Shown here one piece after another: positions 18,464 through 27,253 of a stretch of DNA of 64,000 nt (within the stretch, counting starts at the first letter, position 1; the number at the start of each line of letters is the position of its first letter). This DNA is from an uncultured Sandaracinaceae bacterium (lineage in GTDB: Bacteria > Myxococcota_A > Polyangia > Polyangiales > Houyiibacteriaceae), in contig CAZBWQ010000004.1 in NCBI GenBank assembly GCA_964495565.1, positions 1,703 through 65,702 of the forward strand, written 5' to 3'. The notes beneath the pieces are model-generated. The model did not search any database. It saw only the letters and a list, made by a program, of their open reading frames with translations, and was not told the DNA's origin. Made by a program: the position numbers and the translations under genes.

Positions 18464-18994
18464 ATGGAATTCATCGAAACCCCGGTCATGGGCGCGTGGC
18501 TCATCGACCTCAAGCGCATCTCGGATGACCGCGGCTTCTTCGCGAGAAGTTGGTGTCGACGCGAGCTCGAGGCACACGGGCTCGAGACCGATCTCGCGCA
18601 GATCAACGTCGGCTTCAGCGTCACCAAAGGGACGCTTCGCGGAATGCACTACCAGCGGGCACCCGAAGCAGAGGTGAAGATCGTCCGCTGCACCATGGGC
18701 GCGGTCTACGACGTGGTCGTCGACCTTCGTCCGGATTCGCCGACCCACAAACGTTGGGCTGCTTACGAGCTGACGGAGGACAACCGGCGCCAGCTCTACA
18801 TCCCCGAGGGGTGCGCGCACGGCTACCAGACGCTCGTGGACGGTGCGGAGATCACCTACCTGACCTCGCATTTCTACGCCCCCGACTGCGCCACCGGCGT
18901 CCGCTTCGACGACCCCGCATTCGGCATCGAATGGCCGCTGCCCGTCAGCTCGATTTCCGACGCCGACAGGGGATGGTTGGACTACGAGGGTTGA
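18464..18994 (+). CDS. Cupin-fold NDP-4-keto-6-deoxyhexose 3,5-epimerase-like protein (RfbC/RmlC family)
   Basis: DDRGFF...LRGMHYQ...KIVRCTMGAVYDVVVDLR...LYIPEGCAHGYQTL are the classic RmlC motifs. The nucleotide specificity cannot be read from the sequence. Confidence 0.85.
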   Translation: MEFIETPVMGAWLIDLKRISDDRGFFARSWCRRELEAHGLETDLAQINVGFSVTKGTLRGMHYQRAPEAEVKIVRCTMGAVYDVVVDLRPDSPTHKRWAAYELTEDNRRQLYIPEGCAHGYQTLVDGAEITYLTSHFYAPDCATGVRFDDPAFGIEWPLPVSSISDADRGWLDYEG

Positions 18995-19040
18995 GCCGTT
19001 ATATTGATAAGTCCCTTCGCCTGACCACGAGGAGTCCATC

Positions 19041-20357
19041 ATGATCATCGTCGACACCGCTTTGGAGAAGCGTGAATCGAGCAACAACCCCGTCCGCGTC
19101 GCGATTTTCGGCGCCGGCTACATGGGGCGCGGAATCGCCCGTCAGTTCCTCAAGCCGTTGACGGGGATGCGTCTCGTCGCCATGGGCAACCGCACGATTT
19201 CGCAAGCCGTCCGAACGTACACGGATTGCGGCGTGGACGGAGTGACCACCTGCAAGACGGTCAGTGAGCTCGAGAACGCAATCGAAGCCGGTCGCCCCGC
19301 GGCCGTCGACGATCCGAATTTGCTTTGCGAAGCCGGTCCCATCGACGTCGTGCTCGAGGCGACGGGAGAGGTAGACTTCGCCGCCCGCGTCGCGATGAAG
19401 GCGTTCGAAAACGGAAAGCACGTCGTTTTCATGAACGCCGAGGTCGATGCGACCGTCGGCCCGATCTTGAAGACCTATGCCGATCGGGCGGGTGTCGTGA
19501 TGACCAACACCGACGGCGACGAGCCGGGCGTGGCCATGAATCTATTCCGGTTCGTCAAGACCATCGGATACAACCCCGTTTGCGCCGGCAACATCAAGGG
19601 CATGATCGATCATTACCGCACGCCCGAGACGCAGCGCGGTTTCGCCGAGAAGTACAACCAGAAGCCCATCATGATCACGTCCTTCGCCGACGGCACCAAG
19701 CTTTCGATGGAGACGACGATTCTCGCGAACGCCACGGGGTTCGGTGTCGCCACGCGCGGCATGCACGGACCCAAGTGCGACCACGTCAAGGATTTGTTGA
19801 CGATCTTCTCGCCGGACATGTTCGCGAATGGCGGCTGCGTCGAATACACCATCGGCGCCGAGCCGCACACCGGCGCGTTCGTGCTCGGTTACAACGAGGA
19901 CCCGGTCAATCAGCAGTACATGAACTACTTCAAGATGGGCGACGGGCCGTTGTACTGCTTCTACACGCCGTACCATCTGCCCCATCTTCAAATCGTGACC
20001 ACGGTTGCACGCGCAGCGCTCTTCCACGATGCCACGGTGGCGCCGATCGGGAAGCCGCAATGTGACGTCATCACGATGGCGAAGCGTCCATTGAAGGCCG
20101 GGGAGACCCTCGACGGCATCGGTGGCTTTTGCACCTACGGCACGATCGAGAACGCCGACACGGCCATGCGAGGCCGCTACCTGCCCATGGGCGTGTCCGT
20201 CGGCTGCCGCGTGAAGCGGGACCTGCCCATCGATCATCCGCTCACGTACGCCGACGTGGAGATGCCAGCCGAGCGCTTGGTCGACGTGCTTCGCCGCGAG
20301 CAGGATCAGCGCTTCTTTCCCGAGCTCTTCGCCGAGGCGGAAAGCGCCGCGGAATAG
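19041..20357 (+). CDS. NAD(P)-binding oxidoreductase with C-terminal SAF domain (homoserine-dehydrogenase-like, COG4091-type)
   Basis: VRVAIFGAGYMGRG Rossmann motif. The long conserved-looking core (GDEPGVAMNL...NIKG...SFADGTKLSMET) and the C-terminal SAF-like region match my memory of COG4091. GGAG lies upstream of the ATG. Confidence 0.65.
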   Translation: MIIVDTALEKRESSNNPVRVAIFGAGYMGRGIARQFLKPLTGMRLVAMGNRTISQAVRTYTDCGVDGVTTCKTVSELENAIEAGRPAAVDDPNLLCEAGPIDVVLEATGEVDFAARVAMKAFENGKHVVFMNAEVDATVGPILKTYADRAGVVMTNTDGDEPGVAMNLFRFVKTIGYNPVCAGNIKGMIDHYRTPETQRGFAEKYNQKPIMITSFADGTKLSMETTILANATGFGVATRGMHGPKCDHVKDLLTIFSPDMFANGGCVEYTIGAEPHTGAFVLGYNEDPVNQQYMNYFKMGDGPLYCFYTPYHLPHLQIVTTVARAALFHDATVAPIGKPQCDVITMAKRPLKAGETLDGIGGFCTYGTIENADTAMRGRYLPMGVSVGCRVKRDLPIDHPLTYADVEMPAERLVDVLRREQDQRFFPELFAEAESAAE

Positions 20358-21707
20358 TCAGTCGACCCGTCCGCTGCCTACCGCAACGTACTTCGCCGGG
20401 AACTCCCGCCCGTCGTAGAACTGCCTTCCATCGACGACCAGCGGCGGCTTGGCCATCGCGCGGATTCGCTCCGGCAAATCGGCAAACTCGGCCCATTTGG
20501 TGACGAGAAGAACCGCATCGGCCTCGGCGAGCAGCGCGTCGACCGAATCGGCGGCTTCGTAGTCGACCGCGCTCGAGATCGACTCGTCTTCTTTGACCAC
20601 CGGGTCGTAGGCTACCACCTTGGAGCCTTCCGCATTGAGCGCGGCGATGATCGGGACCGCAGGGGTTTGGCGGGTATCGCTGGTGTCCGGCTTGAAAGCG
20701 AGCCCCAGGATGCCGATCGTCTTGCCGGACAAACTCCCTAGCTCCTTGCGCATCAGATCGATGACCACCTCGGGTTGGCGTCGATTGACGTCACCAACCG
20801 CTCTCAGCAGAACCGGATCGACGCCGCGGTCCTCCGCGAACTTCACCAACGCCGCGAGGTCCTTCGGAAGACAGCTGCCACCATAACCGACGCCGGGCTG
20901 CAAGAAGCCGGTGATCTGGGCGGCTTCGCGTCCGTGCTTGGGCGTCATGCGCGTCATGTATTGGGACAAGTGCATGCCCTGCATGACCTTGCTGCCGTCG
21001 ATGTTGCCGACCTTGGCCGCCAAGTTGCCGATCTCGTTGCTGAACGAGATCAGCGTAGCCAGCAAGACGTTCGACGAGTACTTGATCATCTCCGCGGTCG
21101 CCGTGTTGGTTTCGACACGGGGAGTGTCGGGAAACGCCGCATAGAGCTCGCGGAGGTCGTCGAGCACCTCCGGGGTGTCGGCCCCGAACACCAATCGATC
21201 GGGCTCCATGAAGTCGTCGACGGCCTGTCCCTCGGTCAGAAACTCGGGATTGGCACCGAACCCGACCTCGCTGCCTTCGGCCTTCCCGGACTCGGCCTTG
21301 ACGATTTCGGCAACCACCGATCGCGTGGTGCCCGGCACACAAGTGCTCTTCAAGATCACGGTATGCCGCTCTTTGGTGTCGCGCAGGGCTTGCCCGATCT
21401 GCTTCGATGCAGTCCGCACTTGCGAAAGGTCGATCTCACCTTCGTGCGTCGGTGTGCCCACGGCGATCAGCGTGAGACGGCTCTGACGGACGGCCCCAGC
21501 CAAGTCCGTCGTGAAGGATAGGGTCTTGCCGATCGTCCGCTCGAGGACTTCTGGAAGCCCGTCCTCGTGAATCGTGCACTCGCCGCGGCGCAGGGCGTCG
21601 ACTACCTCCGGTCTCGAATCGACGCAGATGACGTCGTGTCCCTTGTCCGCGAGGCATGCGCCGCTGACCAAGCCTACGTAACCGGTACCGATGACTGCAA
21701 TTTTCAT
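20358..21707 (-). CDS. ugd: UDP-glucose/nucleotide-sugar 6-dehydrogenase
   Basis: MKIAVIGTGYVGLVSGACLA, GYGGSCLPKD (catalytic Cys) and LGLAFKPDTSDTR. Its start overlaps the upstream stop (ATGA). Confidence 0.85.
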   Translation of the reverse strand: MKIAVIGTGYVGLVSGACLADKGHDVICVDSRPEVVDALRRGECTIHEDGLPEVLERTIGKTLSFTTDLAGAVRQSRLTLIAVGTPTHEGEIDLSQVRTASKQIGQALRDTKERHTVILKSTCVPGTTRSVVAEIVKAESGKAEGSEVGFGANPEFLTEGQAVDDFMEPDRLVFGADTPEVLDDLRELYAAFPDTPRVETNTATAEMIKYSSNVLLATLISFSNEIGNLAAKVGNIDGSKVMQGMHLSQYMTRMTPKHGREAAQITGFLQPGVGYGGSCLPKDLAALVKFAEDRGVDPVLLRAVGDVNRRQPEVVIDLMRKELGSLSGKTIGILGLAFKPDTSDTRQTPAVPIIAALNAEGSKVVAYDPVVKEDESISSAVDYEAADSVDALLAEADAVLLVTKWAEFADLPERIRAMAKPPLVVDGRQFYDGREFPAKYVAVGSGRVD

Positions 21708-22822
21708 ATTCCTGCCGGATCCATGTTGTGTGCGTACCAGATGATCGTTCGGCGCACGCCCGACTCGAGGTCGTAGGCGGGTCGGTAGCCGAGCTCGGTT
21801 TTGGCCTTGGTGATGTCGGGGCAGCGGCGGTTGGGATTGTCGACCAGGTACTCCGCTTCCTGGTTGGCTTGGCGCACCACTTTCCCTTCGTAGCCGTAGA
21901 GGTCTTTCGCCGTCTGAACGGTGAGATCCGCCAAATCGCGCATGGAAATCTCGGGCGATTCGGTCCCGACGTTGTAGGCCTCACCCGGGCGTCCGACCAC
22001 GAGCACTTTGTAGTAACCGACGATGGCGTCGGCGGAGTAACAAAAGGTACGCGTGGGCGTTCCGTCCGAGTACATCACGATGTCGTCGTCTTGGAGCACG
22101 CAGCGGCAGAAGTCGGGCAAGACTCGGCCGTCGTTGAGCTTGAGACCCGGGCCGTAGTTGTTGAAAGGCCGCGCCATCTTCACCGGCAAGTCGTGAACCT
22201 TCGCAAACGTCACGCACAGAGTCTCGCCGAAGCGCTTGGACTCGTCGTAGCAAGCTCGAGGACCGGTGCACGACACGTTGCCTCGATAGGTTTCGGGCGT
22301 CGGGATGTAGGCCGGATCGGGATCTCCGTAGATCTCACTCGATGAATAGAAGAGGAAACCGGAGATCGGATGCCCCTCTTTGCCTTGTTTCACGGAGAGA
22401 TCGAGTAGGTAGCGAAGCCCGTCGATGTTCGCGTCGATGCACTCGAGCGGATACTTTCGGTAGATCATCGGAGAGGCGATCCCGGCCGCATGGATGATGT
22501 AGTCGAGCTTGGGCAGATCGATCGGCTCGGACAAATCACTGACGATCAGCTCGACTTCCCCTGCGTCCGCCAGCTCTGTGAGCCAACGCGGCTTCCCGCG
22601 GAAAAAGCTGTCGAGAGCCAAGATTCGAATCTTGTCCTCGTCGGCTGCGCGCCGGTTCCAGTGAACGGCTCCGAGCACCAGGTAGTAACCCAAGAACCCT
22701 GCCGCACCCGTGATGAGCAGTGTCTTTCCGGCGATTTGTTTCAGCTCCTCGGAGAGCTCGCTGACGATGTGATCGAGGTCGGTGCGCAGCACCTCCTCGT
22801 AGGCCTCTCTTGATATCTTCAC
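21704..22822 (-). CDS. Extended-SDR NAD-dependent decarboxylase/dehydratase (UDP-glucuronate decarboxylase-like)
   Basis: LLITGAAGFLGYYL, SSSEIYG and CYDESKRFGETL (YxxxK), close to the UXS/ArnA-C pattern CYDEGKR. GTG start at 22822 chosen within track ORF 21704..22903. Confidence 0.75.
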   Translation of the reverse strand: MKISREAYEEVLRTDLDHIVSELSEELKQIAGKTLLITGAAGFLGYYLVLGAVHWNRRAADEDKIRILALDSFFRGKPRWLTELADAGEVELIVSDLSEPIDLPKLDYIIHAAGIASPMIYRKYPLECIDANIDGLRYLLDLSVKQGKEGHPISGFLFYSSSEIYGDPDPAYIPTPETYRGNVSCTGPRACYDESKRFGETLCVTFAKVHDLPVKMARPFNNYGPGLKLNDGRVLPDFCRCVLQDDDIVMYSDGTPTRTFCYSADAIVGYYKVLVVGRPGEAYNVGTESPEISMRDLADLTVQTAKDLYGYEGKVVRQANQEAEYLVDNPNRRCPDITKAKTELGYRPAYDLESGVRRTIIWYAHNMDPAGI

Positions 22823-22919
22823 GTTTTCCTCGAGATCGAAGGGTAGTTCATGCTGACGCGAACAACCGCCACAGCTTAACACACCGAAATGACGCCGGCA
22901 CAAAGCCCTCGAGCCGACT

Positions 22920-23564
22920 TCAGCCCAAGCGGACCTTCCGGGCGTAGAAGGCTTCGGCGAAGCGGCCCGGTGCGGCGCATTCGACCCCCCGAAGCCGCAT
23001 GAGCCCGCGAAACGTGTCCCGGTCGAACCAGCTTCTGCCCGCCTGCGTCGGGAAGTGCTCGTAGAGGAGGTCGATCTTCCGGTCGCAGGTCGCTTCGTCG
23101 AGGGTCACGAAGACGTTTGGTTGGCCGAGGTCGCCGTCGTACTTGGGGATCTCGTACTCGAGCACGAGGTGGTGCCGAAACGTGTTCCACGTGAGCTCGG
23201 ATATCACCCGATGGTCTTGGTGCCTGTCCTCGCCGTAGTGGGTCAAAATTACGTCCGGTGAAACCCTGCCCTTGAGCTCCTCGAACGACTCCTTGATGTC
23301 GAAAAAATCGCTCGGAAAGAAGCTGTCGCGAAAGGAATGGAGCTCGATGCGCTTGGCCCGGCTATGCCCGAGAAACGCCTCGGCGCTTCGCTGCGCCTCG
23401 AGCCGCCGATCGCCCCGCGCGGCAAACACCACCCAATGGACCTCGAGGTCTGGGTTCTGCTCGGTCCAGCGCAAAATGGTCCCTCCGCAGCCGATCTCGA
23501 TGTCGTCTGCATGGGCGCCCAGACAAAGGACGGAACGAAAAGATGTTGGAGCGAGCTCGATCAT
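22920..23564 (-). CDS. PIG-L/LmbE-family N-deacetylase
   Basis: LCLGAHADDIEIGCGGT (AHPDD-like motif) and HQDH zinc-binding motif. Confidence 0.85.
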   Translation of the reverse strand: MIELAPTSFRSVLCLGAHADDIEIGCGGTILRWTEQNPDLEVHWVVFAARGDRRLEAQRSAEAFLGHSRAKRIELHSFRDSFFPSDFFDIKESFEELKGRVSPDVILTHYGEDRHQDHRVISELTWNTFRHHLVLEYEIPKYDGDLGQPNVFVTLDEATCDRKIDLLYEHFPTQAGRSWFDRDTFRGLMRLRGVECAAPGRFAEAFYARKVRLG

Positions 23565-23631
23565 GGTCGCGTTCGTTCCATGCTACTGAGGCCCCTGGGG
23601 CTCGGCAACAAAGCCTCTTGGGCGGCCACGC

Positions 23632-24810
23632 TCAGCGCTCCGTGCGTTGCCACTTGCGTTCACGCCGTCCGAGCAAGAACGCCGCGTAGAGAGGAACCTT
23701 CCACAGGACGTAGAGCGGTACCAGCAAGAGGTACCGGAAGGGGATCGTCTCCCGCCCATACCGCGCCCAGCTCACGGCCACGCCGACCGCGACGAGGCCC
23801 AACCCGGCCAGGGAGATCCAGCCCGGAGCTGCGCTTCCTCCGAGGAAGGCGAGCAGAACGCTCAACGCGGCGGTCAGCGCCAAGAGCCCGACGAGCAGCG
23901 CGAGGGGCGGGACCATCAGGTCGACGCCCATCGCGACCAGTCCCAGCCGTCCGCGTGTGATGCCCCGGCCGATCAGCCGTGGGCCGTAGCGAAAGAGCGT
24001 CGCAAGCTGACCGTGCTCCCACCGACGGCGCTGGGCCATCGCGGCTCGTCTTCCGCTCGGAAGCTCGCTCCGCACCCCTGCGTGGACGCACAACATCGGC
24101 TCGTATCCCAGCAACGCGAGCTCGATTCCGACGGCCAGGTCCTCGACCAAATTCGAGCCGAGGTCGGGGGCCGCGCGCAAGACGTCCCACGGAAACGCCA
24201 TCCCCGTCCCCGTCAGCTGACAAGGGAGACCGAAGAAACGAAGACCGCGTGGGCGCGCCCGGTTGCGCACGAGCATCGCGAGCGCGGAGATCATGGACAG
24301 CGGCGATCGATCGACCGACTTGGATACGTAGTCGGCTTGCATGGGGCGGTGGCTTCGAAGCGCGGTTTCCACCAACGCGTCGATCGACCCGGGCGTGAGA
24401 CGGCAGTCGGCGTCGACGATGATCACCACGTCCGGCGGATCGGACTGCAGATGATCGGTTCCGAATGCCAAGGCGTAGCCCTTTCCCCGATGGTCGGGCG
24501 CATGGCGCTCGATCACCTCCGCGCCGGCTTCGCGTGCGACGTGCGCGGTGTCGTCGGTGCAGTTGTCGGCGATGACGACGACCCGATCCCGTGGTTGCAA
24601 CTGGGAGCGGACGTTTTCGATGGTCGGAGCGATGCCCTGACTCTCGTCGTGCGCGGGGATGAGAATGACGAGCGAAACCCCTTCGCGACGGGTAGGGCGC
24701 TCACCCTGGCGTAAAAAGGCGCCGAACGAGCACTCGAGCAAAAACACCAGCGACGGCAGGAGCAGGATCGATGCCACGATCGCCGTGAACAAGACGAGGA
24801 GCGTCATCAT
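23632..24810 (-). CDS. Membrane-embedded family-2 glycosyltransferase with synthase-type QxxRW motif
   Basis: N-terminal TM span, IPAHDES, DNCTDDT, VDADC (DxD), EDLAVG and QRRRWEHG (QxxRW), followed by C-terminal TM spans. Confidence 0.85.
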   Translation of the reverse strand: MMTLLVLFTAIVASILLLPSLVFLLECSFGAFLRQGERPTRREGVSLVILIPAHDESQGIAPTIENVRSQLQPRDRVVVIADNCTDDTAHVAREAGAEVIERHAPDHRGKGYALAFGTDHLQSDPPDVVIIVDADCRLTPGSIDALVETALRSHRPMQADYVSKSVDRSPLSMISALAMLVRNRARPRGLRFFGLPCQLTGTGMAFPWDVLRAAPDLGSNLVEDLAVGIELALLGYEPMLCVHAGVRSELPSGRRAAMAQRRRWEHGQLATLFRYGPRLIGRGITRGRLGLVAMGVDLMVPPLALLVGLLALTAALSVLLAFLGGSAAPGWISLAGLGLVAVGVAVSWARYGRETIPFRYLLLVPLYVLWKVPLYAAFLLGRRERKWQRTER

Positions 24811-26030
24811 GACTCGTTCGCTCCCCGGTTGCGAAAGCCGTGGACGAGCGGCTCCGTCGCGGTCCTGGTGTCGTGCGCCGCCAACACGCGGCGTCGGCCT
24901 TCACGGCCCATCTCGGCCAAGCGTTCGGGCGGCGTTCGAAGCGCCTGCACCATTGCTTCGACCAGTCCATCCACCGATCCGGCCGGCACGAGCCATCCGC
25001 ACGCGCCCGGTTCCACGAGCTCCGGAATGCCCGCGATGTAGGTCGAGATCACCGGCCGGCCTAGCGCCAGAGCTTCCATGATCACCACCGGCAAGCCCTC
25101 GGCGAAGCTCGGCAGCACGAACGCGCGAGCGCTGAGGAGGTAGTCGCGGACTTCTGCTCCGGAAGCCCACCCCGTGATGACGATTCTGTCTTCGAGCTGG
25201 TATCGACGGATGAGCGACTCGACCTCTTGCCTCATGTCGCCATCGCCGACCAGCACCAGCTCGAAAGGTTCGCCGAGGTCTCGAACCTTGGCGGCGGCCT
25301 CGACGAGCAGGAGCTGTCCTTTTTGCTCGCAGATTCGCCCCACGCAGACGAGGCGCCGAGTGTCGCCGATCGGGGTGACCGGTGACTCGATGTACGAGCG
25401 GTCGACTCCGCAGCGGACGACCTCGACCTTGGGCCAATGCTCGTGGGCGCACTGCCGATAGAGCTGGCTTCGGCCGAAGCTGCTCACGCCGGCGACGAAG
25501 CTGGCGCGTTCGATCTTCTCGGTCAGGCTCAGCTCCCAGGGCTTGTCGAACTCCTCGGGACCGTGGACCGTGAAGCTGTAGGAAGGCCCGCCCAACATTT
25601 GGCTCAGCAGTGCGACCGCTGCGGGATTGGTCCCGAAGTGGACGTGGACGTGATCGCATCCAGCCCGACGCATCAGGGCCATCGCGGTGCAGGCGGTCAG
25701 CAGGTAACCGACGTTCCGCACCAGGCCGCGTTCGGAGCGGAGCCCCATTCGGATGCTGGCCGAAAGTGCTTTCATGAACCGAATCGGGTGTCGCAACGCG
25801 GTCCACGCCGCCGTGAGAAGGAGCCGCGGGATGCCCTTCGACACGAGGACGGTGGTCCGCCCCTGCTCTTCGATGTCGTCGGGGTCGACGAGGCGAACGG
25901 GGGGCGGTCGAATCGAGAATCGCTCGACCTCGATGCCTTTTTCTTCGAGAGCGGCAATCTCACGACGGATGAAGGTGTGGCTCACGCTCGGGTATTGATT
26001 GGTCAGGTACGCTACTTTCATCGAACTCAC
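24807..26030 (-). CDS. Glycosyltransferase family 4 (WcaL-like)
   Basis: MKVAYLTNQYPSVSHTFIRREI and the C-terminal PSFAEGLPVVIMEALALGRPVISTYIAGIPELVEPGACGWLVP. The start is GTG 26030 (GTGA overlap) or ATG 26021. Confidence 0.85.
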   Translation of the reverse strand: MSSMKVAYLTNQYPSVSHTFIRREIAALEEKGIEVERFSIRPPPVRLVDPDDIEEQGRTTVLVSKGIPRLLLTAAWTALRHPIRFMKALSASIRMGLRSERGLVRNVGYLLTACTAMALMRRAGCDHVHVHFGTNPAAVALLSQMLGGPSYSFTVHGPEEFDKPWELSLTEKIERASFVAGVSSFGRSQLYRQCAHEHWPKVEVVRCGVDRSYIESPVTPIGDTRRLVCVGRICEQKGQLLLVEAAAKVRDLGEPFELVLVGDGDMRQEVESLIRRYQLEDRIVITGWASGAEVRDYLLSARAFVLPSFAEGLPVVIMEALALGRPVISTYIAGIPELVEPGACGWLVPAGSVDGLVEAMVQALRTPPERLAEMGREGRRRVLAAHDTRTATEPLVHGFRNRGANES

Positions 26031-27253
26031 GTGCGAGCCTGGTGATCGGCCAGGACTCCCTCATAGTAACGCTTCGTTTGGCGAGCGATCGTCACCGGTC
26101 CGAGACGACGAACGGCGTCTTGGGCGCCTTGCTCACCAAGCTTCGCGGCCAGCTCGGGTTGATCGAGCAGCACCGCGACTTGGTGCGCCAGATCGCCGGC
26201 GTCTTCGTTTTCGAACAACAGACCGTTCGCCCCGTGTTCGACGATCTCGGGAAGCCCGCCCGATCGGGCCGCCACCAGGGGGCAACCGAAGGCGAGAGCT
26301 TCCGATGCCACCATGCCGAAAACCTCGAAACGGGAGGCGACGATCGTCACGCGCGCCTTGCGGCGCCACTCCGGGATCCGGTTCGCAGGCATCTGGCCGA
26401 GGTAGTGAATTCGCGAACGAACGGAGCGGTCCGGCACGCGTTGGCTCAGGTATTCCTGCAGTCCCATGCTCGAGCCCCGGCCGTCTTCCAGTCCCCGGTC
26501 GGGGCCGATGAACACCAGCTCGAGGCCGGGACGGTCGGCCGCGAGTGCGGCAAATGCGTCGATGACCAGGTCCCCGCCTTTGTGCCGGTCGAAGCGACCG
26601 ACGAACAGGACCGTATTCGGATCCGACCCGGCCAGCGTCCATCGCTTCCCCTCGTCGACCTCGGGTGCCGGGTTGGGGATGACCTCGCAATCGGGCAGCT
26701 CGAGCTGATACTCCCGCCGGACTCGATCCAGCAGATCCCTGGAGGGAGAGGTGATCGCCTTGGCGTTCGCGATGGCGTGCCCCTCGAGCGCGACGCGGCT
26801 GCGAAAAGCTTCATCTCGAGGGACGCCGACTGCGGCTCCGTTGAGGAACCAAGGTCCGTGCAATCGAACGACCACCGGAATGCGAGCACGCGATGCGACG
26901 TGGTCGGCGCTTCCGAAGGACTCTTCCATCTCGAGCAGATCGGGAGTGCGCGTGCGGTCCACGTGCCGAAGCCCGTTCGTGACGCTCGCAGCGACTCGAC
27001 GAGTCACGATCTCGTGGGGTTTGAACCGCGCGAGCAGCCGGTATTCGATCTTGTCGACGAGCGGGAACCTCGGACGGCATTGCGAGAGATCGATGACGTC
27101 GCCGCCCGATTCGATGCCCTTCACCGAAGCGGCGAGCACCAGGCTGTCGACACCGATGGCCTCGAAACCCTTTTGAAGAAGCTCGACGTAGGTGACGATT
27201 CCATTTGCGAAGGCAGAAGGCGGCCACCCCGGGCTCAGCAGTGCGACTCTCAT
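26027..27253 (-). CDS. Glycosyltransferase family 4
   Basis: In-frame ATG 27253 (MRVALLSPGWPP) of track ORF 26027..28525. FEVFGMVASEALAFGCPLVAARSGGLPEIVEHGANGLLFE is the EX7E region. The part of the track ORF upstream of 27253 is a shadow of wzx. Confidence 0.85.
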   Translation of the reverse strand: MRVALLSPGWPPSAFANGIVTYVELLQKGFEAIGVDSLVLAASVKGIESGGDVIDLSQCRPRFPLVDKIEYRLLARFKPHEIVTRRVAASVTNGLRHVDRTRTPDLLEMEESFGSADHVASRARIPVVVRLHGPWFLNGAAVGVPRDEAFRSRVALEGHAIANAKAITSPSRDLLDRVRREYQLELPDCEVIPNPAPEVDEGKRWTLAGSDPNTVLFVGRFDRHKGGDLVIDAFAALAADRPGLELVFIGPDRGLEDGRGSSMGLQEYLSQRVPDRSVRSRIHYLGQMPANRIPEWRRKARVTIVASRFEVFGMVASEALAFGCPLVAARSGGLPEIVEHGANGLLFENEDAGDLAHQVAVLLDQPELAAKLGEQGAQDAVRRLGPVTIARQTKRYYEGVLADHQART

